Source: an uncultured Caulobacteraceae bacterium
GTDB taxonomy: Bacteria > Pseudomonadota > Alphaproteobacteria > Caulobacterales > Aquidulcibacteraceae
Direction: 5' to 3'
Assembly: GCA_964442095.1 (NCBI GenBank)
Contig: CAYTWK010000001.1
Span: forward strand, 1-53,470
Length of the DNA stretch: 53,470 nt
This document shows positions 48,603 to 53,470 of the stretch, one piece after another; position 1 is the first letter of the stretch; every line of letters begins with the position of its first letter. Made by a program: the position numbers and the translations under genes. The notes below the pieces were generated by a model that ran no database searches, was not told the origin of the DNA, and saw only the letters and a list, made by a program, of their open reading frames with translations.

Positions 48603-48845
48603 ATGAAAATTCGCGTTGACGTAAAACTTAAATCTGGTGTTCTTGATCCGCAAGGTCGTGCGGTGGCCCATGCCCTTAATGATCTGGGTTTCGCCGAAGT
48701 TCAGGACGTTCGTATCGGGAAAGCCATCGAGCTAGAGGTGGATGAAACTGATGCCGAAAAAGCCAAAGCGCGTGCCGCACTAATGGCCGATAAATTGCTA
48801 GCAAATCTTGTTATTGAATCCTATCAAATAGAGGTATTAAGTTAG
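48603..48845 (+). CDS. purS: FGAM synthase subunit PurS
   Basis: LKSGVLDPQG, VRIGK and LLANLVIE.Y. Confidence 0.96.
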   Translation: MKIRVDVKLKSGVLDPQGRAVAHALNDLGFAEVQDVRIGKAIELEVDETDAEKAKARAALMADKLLANLVIESYQIEVLS

Positions 48846-48945
48846 GATTTTATAATTTTTCCAATTTTGCCTTATTTGCGCCTTAAAATTGCCTTGCCGG
48901 TAGCTTTACTTAGGAGCAAGGCTAACAAATAAGGGAAAATTTAAG

Positions 48946-50850
48946 ATGAAAACGAAAAATAAAATTCAGCGCCCATTAATGTCCATTGGGATTATAGCGC
49001 TTTTAAGCTCAAATCTTGCTGCATGTATGCAATCCCCAAATCTGGTGCAATATGCACAAAAAGAGCCATCGTCCGTGCGCGACGATTACGATTTTGATTG
49101 CCCGGTCGTGGAGACGCGAAATAATAATTATAATTATGGCGCCCGCCCGCGCTCCTATAGCCCGAAGATAACAACCCCAGCGCCATCATATGTCCCATTG
49201 CCGACTATGGACGTTCCTGCGCCATCATATGTCCCATTGCCGACTATGGCCGTTCCTGCGCCACCGCCACCAGCAGCGCCACCACCACCTCCTCCTCCGA
49301 TATCTGCAGTCTTGGATACAGGTAGAGCTAGTGCGGAAAGTGTAGTGGTTACGGGCTCGCGAATTGCGACACCATATCCTAAAAAGATTGCGCCACCACA
49401 TTCATATACTATGCCACAAGAGACGGAAAAATACCCGCAAGTGAATATAAATGGCGTTAAGCAAGTGGCACAGGAGCCGGTTTCGACATTTGCAATGGAA
49501 ACCGATACGGCAAGCTATAGCAATGTTCGGCGAATTTTGCGCCAAGGCAGTTTGCCACAAGCCGATGCGGTTCGGGTTGAAGAATTTTTGAATTATTTCA
49601 AATATGATTATCAAATCCCGCGTGAAAGAAGCACGCCTTTTTCAACCGAAGTTTCAGTAATTCAATCACCATGGGCCGAAGAAAAGCAAATAGTTCATAT
49701 TGGCCTACAAGGATATGACACGCCGCGAACATCACGCCCACCCCTTAATTTAGTTTTACTCATGGATGTATCTGGCTCTATGGACTCAGAGGATAAATTG
49801 CCATTAGCAAAGCGGGCGGTGCGAATGTTGCTGCCAAATCTAAATGCGAATGATAGAATTTCAATGGTGGTTTATGCCGGTGCATCGGGCGTTGCCCTAG
49901 AGCCAACTCGTGGCACAGCAACACGCGATATTGTCTGTGCGCTAGAAAATCTAGAGGCGGGTGGTTCTACGGCTGGTGGAGAAGGGATTAATCTTGCCTA
50001 TAAAATGGCCGAAAAGAATTTCAATCGCAATGGAGTAAATCGCATAATTCTAATGAGCGATGGCGATTTTAATGTTGGCATAAGTGATCCTCGTCAATTG
50101 CGTGATTTAGTCTCTAGAAAGCGTGAACAGGGTGTCTATCTTTCAATTTTTGGATTCGGCGGCGGCAATTATAATGACGCTATCATGCAATCTTTGGCGC
50201 AAAACGGAAATGGCGTTGCTGCCTATATTGATAGCGCAGAAGAAGCTAATCGCGTTTTGAATCGTCAGTTTGAAGGAACAATGTTTCCAATTGCGAATGA
50301 TGTTAAAGCCCAAATCGAATTTAATCCAAAGCGTGTTTCGGAATATAGGCTTATTGGTTATGAAACCCGCGCACTAAACCGCGAAGACTTCAATAATGAT
50401 AAAATAGATGCTGGTGAAATTGGTGCAAGAACCCAAGTCACGGCGCTTTATGAAATTACGCCAGTTGGAAATGGTTCGAGCGTGTATCCGCTTCGCTATC
50501 AAGATGAAAAAGCAACTACCCCTTCAAACAATGGTGAAATTGCGTATTTGCGGCTTCGTTATAAATTGCCTGGTCAAAGCCAATCGCGCCTAATTGAAAG
50601 GGCAATTACAAATCGTGATATCGCTCCGGAATATTCACGAGCCAAGCCAAATACACAATTTGCGCTCGCGGTTGCCGCATTCGCACAAAAATTGCGAAAT
50701 GATCCTTGGATTGGTAATTTCAGCTATCGTGATATTGAACGGCTCGCGCAGAGTGCAGATATTTCAAATGATTCCACATCAAAGGGTGAACTTTTGGAAT
50801 TGATTGAGGCAGCAAAACGCGCGTCGGATAATAATAAGAATAGCGATTGA
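48946..50850 (+). CDS. YfbK-like vWA-domain lipoprotein (vWF_A + VWA + DUF3520-like)
   Basis: Lipobox LAAC; PVSTF..DTASYSNVRR, VRVEEFLNYF, MIDAS DVSGSM, GGSTAG, SDGDFNVG and YRLIGYE.R.L..EDF.ND. Confidence 0.9.
   Translation: MKTKNKIQRPLMSIGIIALLSSNLAACMQSPNLVQYAQKEPSSVRDDYDFDCPVVETRNNNYNYGARPRSYSPKITTPAPSYVPLPTMDVPAPSYVPLPTMAVPAPPPPAAPPPPPPPISAVLDTGRASAESVVVTGSRIATPYPKKIAPPHSYTMPQETEKYPQVNINGVKQVAQEPVSTFAMETDTASYSNVRRILRQGSLPQADAVRVEEFLNYFKYDYQIPRERSTPFSTEVSVIQSPWAEEKQIVHIGLQGYDTPRTSRPPLNLVLLMDVSGSMDSEDKLPLAKRAVRMLLPNLNANDRISMVVYAGASGVALEPTRGTATRDIVCALENLEAGGSTAGGEGINLAYKMAEKNFNRNGVNRIILMSDGDFNVGISDPRQLRDLVSRKREQGVYLSIFGFGGGNYNDAIMQSLAQNGNGVAAYIDSAEEANRVLNRQFEGTMFPIANDVKAQIEFNPKRVSEYRLIGYETRALNREDFNNDKIDAGEIGARTQVTALYEITPVGNGSSVYPLRYQDEKATTPSNNGEIAYLRLRYKLPGQSQSRLIERAITNRDIAPEYSRAKPNTQFALAVAAFAQKLRNDPWIGNFSYRDIERLAQSADISNDSTSKGELLELIEAAKRASDNNKNSD
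49180..49257 (+). repeat. In-frame 39-bp tandem duplication (2 copies, 38/39 identical)
   Basis: GCGCCATCATATGTCCCATTGCCGACTATGG[A/C]CGTTCCT at 49180-49218 and 49219-49257, encoding APSYVPLPTM[D/A]VP. Confidence 0.97.
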
Positions 50851-50858
50851 TAGGAATA

Positions 50859-53470
50859 TTAGACAGCGTCCTTTAATTCTCGGACTTCATTTTCTTCCGA
50901 TAATTTTAGGGCGCGTTCGATACCACTTAATAAAGATGACGGCGTGAATGGTTTTGCCACCAAGAAATCAGCGCCGTTTTCTATTGCCTCTTTGACATTA
51001 TGCGTCATAGCGCTAGCAGAGACGGCAATAATCGGTGTGCGCGGGTTCATTTGCACTTGCTCTTGGACACGCATAATACGCATAGCGCTAAGGCCATCGA
51101 GAACGGGCATTTGCAAATCCATCAGCACCATATCATATTTTGCTTGGGCAAAGCTTTCTGCGGCCTCGAGACCGTTTTCACAAAGCGTCAGCTCTATATC
51201 CAATGGCGACAATATCATTTCTATAATTCTAAGATTGGTAGGATTATCGTCCACAGCAAGAATTGAAATTTTGCGATTTTGCGAAATTGAATCAGCGCTC
51301 TTGCTATCTAATGCTTTTGGTTTGCCAGATGTATCGCGCGATGAAGACTTTTCAATGCTTGTTATTTCCAAAGGAATTTCAAGCTTAAAACGCGAACCGA
51401 CACCCAATTTTGAAGTTGCGCTCAATTTTCCGCCCATAAGCTCGGCCAGTGATTTAGAAATTGATAGCCCAAGGCCAGAACCGCCATGTTCGCGCGTTAT
51501 AGAGCCATCAATTTGTTCAAATCGTTCAAAAAGTCGCGATAAATTGGCTTTTGAAATACCGCCGCCGCTATCTTCAACTTCAAATTTTATGGTTCGAAGG
51601 CTATCGGCCGCAGCGTTCTTTTTGATTGAGGCACGCAACACAACCTTGCCGGTATTGGTGAATTTTATGGCATTTGATAACAAATTGCCAAGGATTTGCC
51701 TTATTCTATTGGGATCGCCAATAAATTGATTTTCGCTGATTGATGGCAATTCTACACTCAGCTCTAAGCCCTTTTCTTCGGCGCGTGCCTTAAATAGACC
51801 AGTTAGGGTCTTTAATACAGTTTCAAGTTCGAATGGCGTATGTTCAATTTCTAACTTTTCGGATTCGATTCTGGCAATGTCGAGAACATCATTTAAAATA
51901 TCGCGCAGACTATCGCCCGAATTTTCAATCAGATCGACCATTTCGCGTTGCTCTTTATTAAGCTTGGTTTTCCCCAAAAGGCCAACAACTGCAATAACTC
52001 CATTTAATGGAGTTCGTATCTCATGGCTCATATTGGCCAAAAATTCGGTCTTAACGCGACTCGCACGTTTGGCGTCTTTTAGAGCTTGTGAAAGTTCGTT
52101 TCGCCTCGCAACCTCATTTGTAATATTGGTGCTGAAGGAAATAATCTTATCAGATCCGCCATTTACGCCTTTTAGGTAAAATACGCTATAGCGCACATCA
52201 AGCGGCGTGCCGCCCGGAGTTTTAATTTTAAGCTCTAGAGATTCTAATTGGAGGGTCTTTCGTGATTTATCAATTAGACTGGTTATGGTTTTAAGGTCTT
52301 CTGCGCTCAAGAAACTATATATTTGATTTAGCAATTCCTGGGAATTTTTAGTCTTGCGCGAGTCTATCCCTAATGCTTCGAGCGCACCATAGGCATTGGC
52401 CTTTTTGGTATCTATATCATAAACCAAAATAATGGATTCGCTATTATTAAGAGCGAGATTAAGCAAATTTTGGTTTTCGGATAGTTTTTGAAGGTTTGAA
52501 TAGGATTCGGTTTGGTCGATAACCATGCCCGACATTCCTATATGATTTCCTTCTTTATCATAGATTGGGCTTCCCTTTGCGACCAATTGCTTTATTTCAC
52601 CAGATTTGGTTTGAAATCGATAATTGCATATAAAGGGTGAAGCGCTTTTGGCGGCATTGAGCATAATGGATAGAAAATCAGAACGTGTATCCGGCGTAAC
52701 TTGCGCTAAGAATTCTTCGCCGCTAAGCGGCCCTAAATTTTCATCGTGACCGAAAATTTTATATGCGCCCGGCGACCATGAATATCTATTATCTTCGAAT
52801 AGCCAATTATAAACACCAACACCGACATGTAACTCCAGTTCTTTTCGCAATAATTCTTCGCGCTCGCTATTCTTTACGGCGAGTTCTAGCCTGTCAGCCT
52901 TTGTTTTGTTAATCTCATTTAGTTCAAAATTCGTAAGTGCATCATTGATTATCGCGCTTCCGATAGAATATGTAAAAATTAAGAAATAAATCAAAGGGAT
53001 AGCAACTGCGAAACTACCGAATGTATTAACCTTTAAAGCTGTCACAAGGATAATAGTTACAATTGTTGGCAAAGATCCGAAAATTACTGCACGCGGAACT
53101 GGCGCGTTCAAATAAATGAATGAGAATAGGTGGCCTACTAGGAAGATTGCCGCACATGTTGCCGCAATTGGTGTATCAATCATGCTAAAGCCAACAAATG
53201 TTACACAAAGTGCTACATTTCTTGCGATGCCATTAATAACAACTTCGTGTTCAATTTTGTCTATACTGATTTCTTTATGTTTGAGGGCATTTTCAAAGAA
53301 GATATTTATATGCCTTTGGCGTTCCCACAGCATAATATACATTACTATGCCAACAATAAAAAGCCAAAATGGGCCAACAAAATACGCTGAAGCAAGTGTT
53401 ACAAGGCGACCGACGGCGAGCCCTATTGTATTATCATTAAGATTTTCAAGGCTTTGTTTAATTAGCGTGC
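50859..53470 (-). CDS. Membrane-bound hybrid sensor histidine kinase (TM-PAS-PAS-HisKA-HATPase-REC); 5'-truncated by window edge
   Basis: FLANMSHEIRTPLNG, NLLSNAIKFT, DSGGG, GSGLGL and receiver motifs VDDN/LMDLQMP/KP. The frame stays open from 53342 to the window end. Confidence 0.93.
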   Translation of the reverse strand, partial: TLIKQSLENLNDNTIGLAVGRLVTLASAYFVGPFWLFIVGIVMYIMLWERQRHINIFFENALKHKEISIDKIEHEVVINGIARNVALCVTFVGFSMIDTPIAATCAAIFLVGHLFSFIYLNAPVPRAVIFGSLPTIVTIILVTALKVNTFGSFAVAIPLIYFLIFTYSIGSAIINDALTNFELNEINKTKADRLELAVKNSEREELLRKELELHVGVGVYNWLFEDNRYSWSPGAYKIFGHDENLGPLSGEEFLAQVTPDTRSDFLSIMLNAAKSASPFICNYRFQTKSGEIKQLVAKGSPIYDKEGNHIGMSGMVIDQTESYSNLQKLSENQNLLNLALNNSESIILVYDIDTKKANAYGALEALGIDSRKTKNSQELLNQIYSFLSAEDLKTITSLIDKSRKTLQLESLELKIKTPGGTPLDVRYSVFYLKGVNGGSDKIISFSTNITNEVARRNELSQALKDAKRASRVKTEFLANMSHEIRTPLNGVIAVVGLLGKTKLNKEQREMVDLIENSGDSLRDILNDVLDIARIESEKLEIEHTPFELETVLKTLTGLFKARAEEKGLELSVELPSISENQFIGDPNRIRQILGNLLSNAIKFTNTGKVVLRASIKKNAAADSLRTIKFEVEDSGGGISKANLSRLFERFEQIDGSITREHGGSGLGLSISKSLAELMGGKLSATSKLGVGSRFKLEIPLEITSIEKSSSRDTSGKPKALDSKSADSISQNRKISILAVDDNPTNLRIIEMILSPLDIELTLCENGLEAAESFAQAKYDMVLMDLQMPVLDGLSAMRIMRVQEQVQMNPRTPIIAVSASAMTHNVKEAIENGADFLVAKPFTPSSLLSGIERALKLSEENEVRELKDAV

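Noticed and set aside
50944-52179. Long plus-strand ORFs (261 aa, 100 aa) opposite the histidine kinase
   Set aside because: Antisense shadows of a well-supported gene, with no motifs. The same applies to the many antisense or nested ORFs over fabB, typA, cysS, miaB, ftsK, the MFS gene and mutL.

Overview
An AT-rich (roughly 40-45% GC by eye) alphaproteobacterial chromosome segment. Protein sequences, gene order and CtrA-like boxes suggest Caulobacterales/Hyphomonadales; this is inferred, not searched. It is almost entirely core genome, about 58 CDS: fabA-fabB, typA, galU, ymdB-ygfA with 6S RNA, a pabB-pabC fusion, cysS, folE-hisI-ccmAB, a PII protein, gloB, persulfide dioxygenase-TauE, tsaB-rimI-fur-miaB-ybeY-corC-lnt-HTH-trmB, leuB, ftsK-lolA, ubiH-like, lspA, mutL, ATP synthase zeta subunit, purC-purS, and a hybrid histidine kinase truncated at the right edge. 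I saw no tRNA, rRNA, transposase, prophage, CRISPR array or defence system. The best candidates for undescribed biology are: (1) tandem Tad minor-pilin/vWA adhesin paralogs at the left edge, one with a ~280-aa polyproline/Cys-rich insert splitting the vWA domain; (2) a 50-codon ORF absent from the ORF track, lying behind two tandem CtrA-like boxes between lolA and leuB; (3) a YfbK-like vWA lipoprotein with a recent 39-bp duplication, a TonB-box-like motif and a phased/structured upstream region; (4) a palindrome-rich spacer with 11-bp-phased repeats where fabI usually sits. None is a proven novel system.
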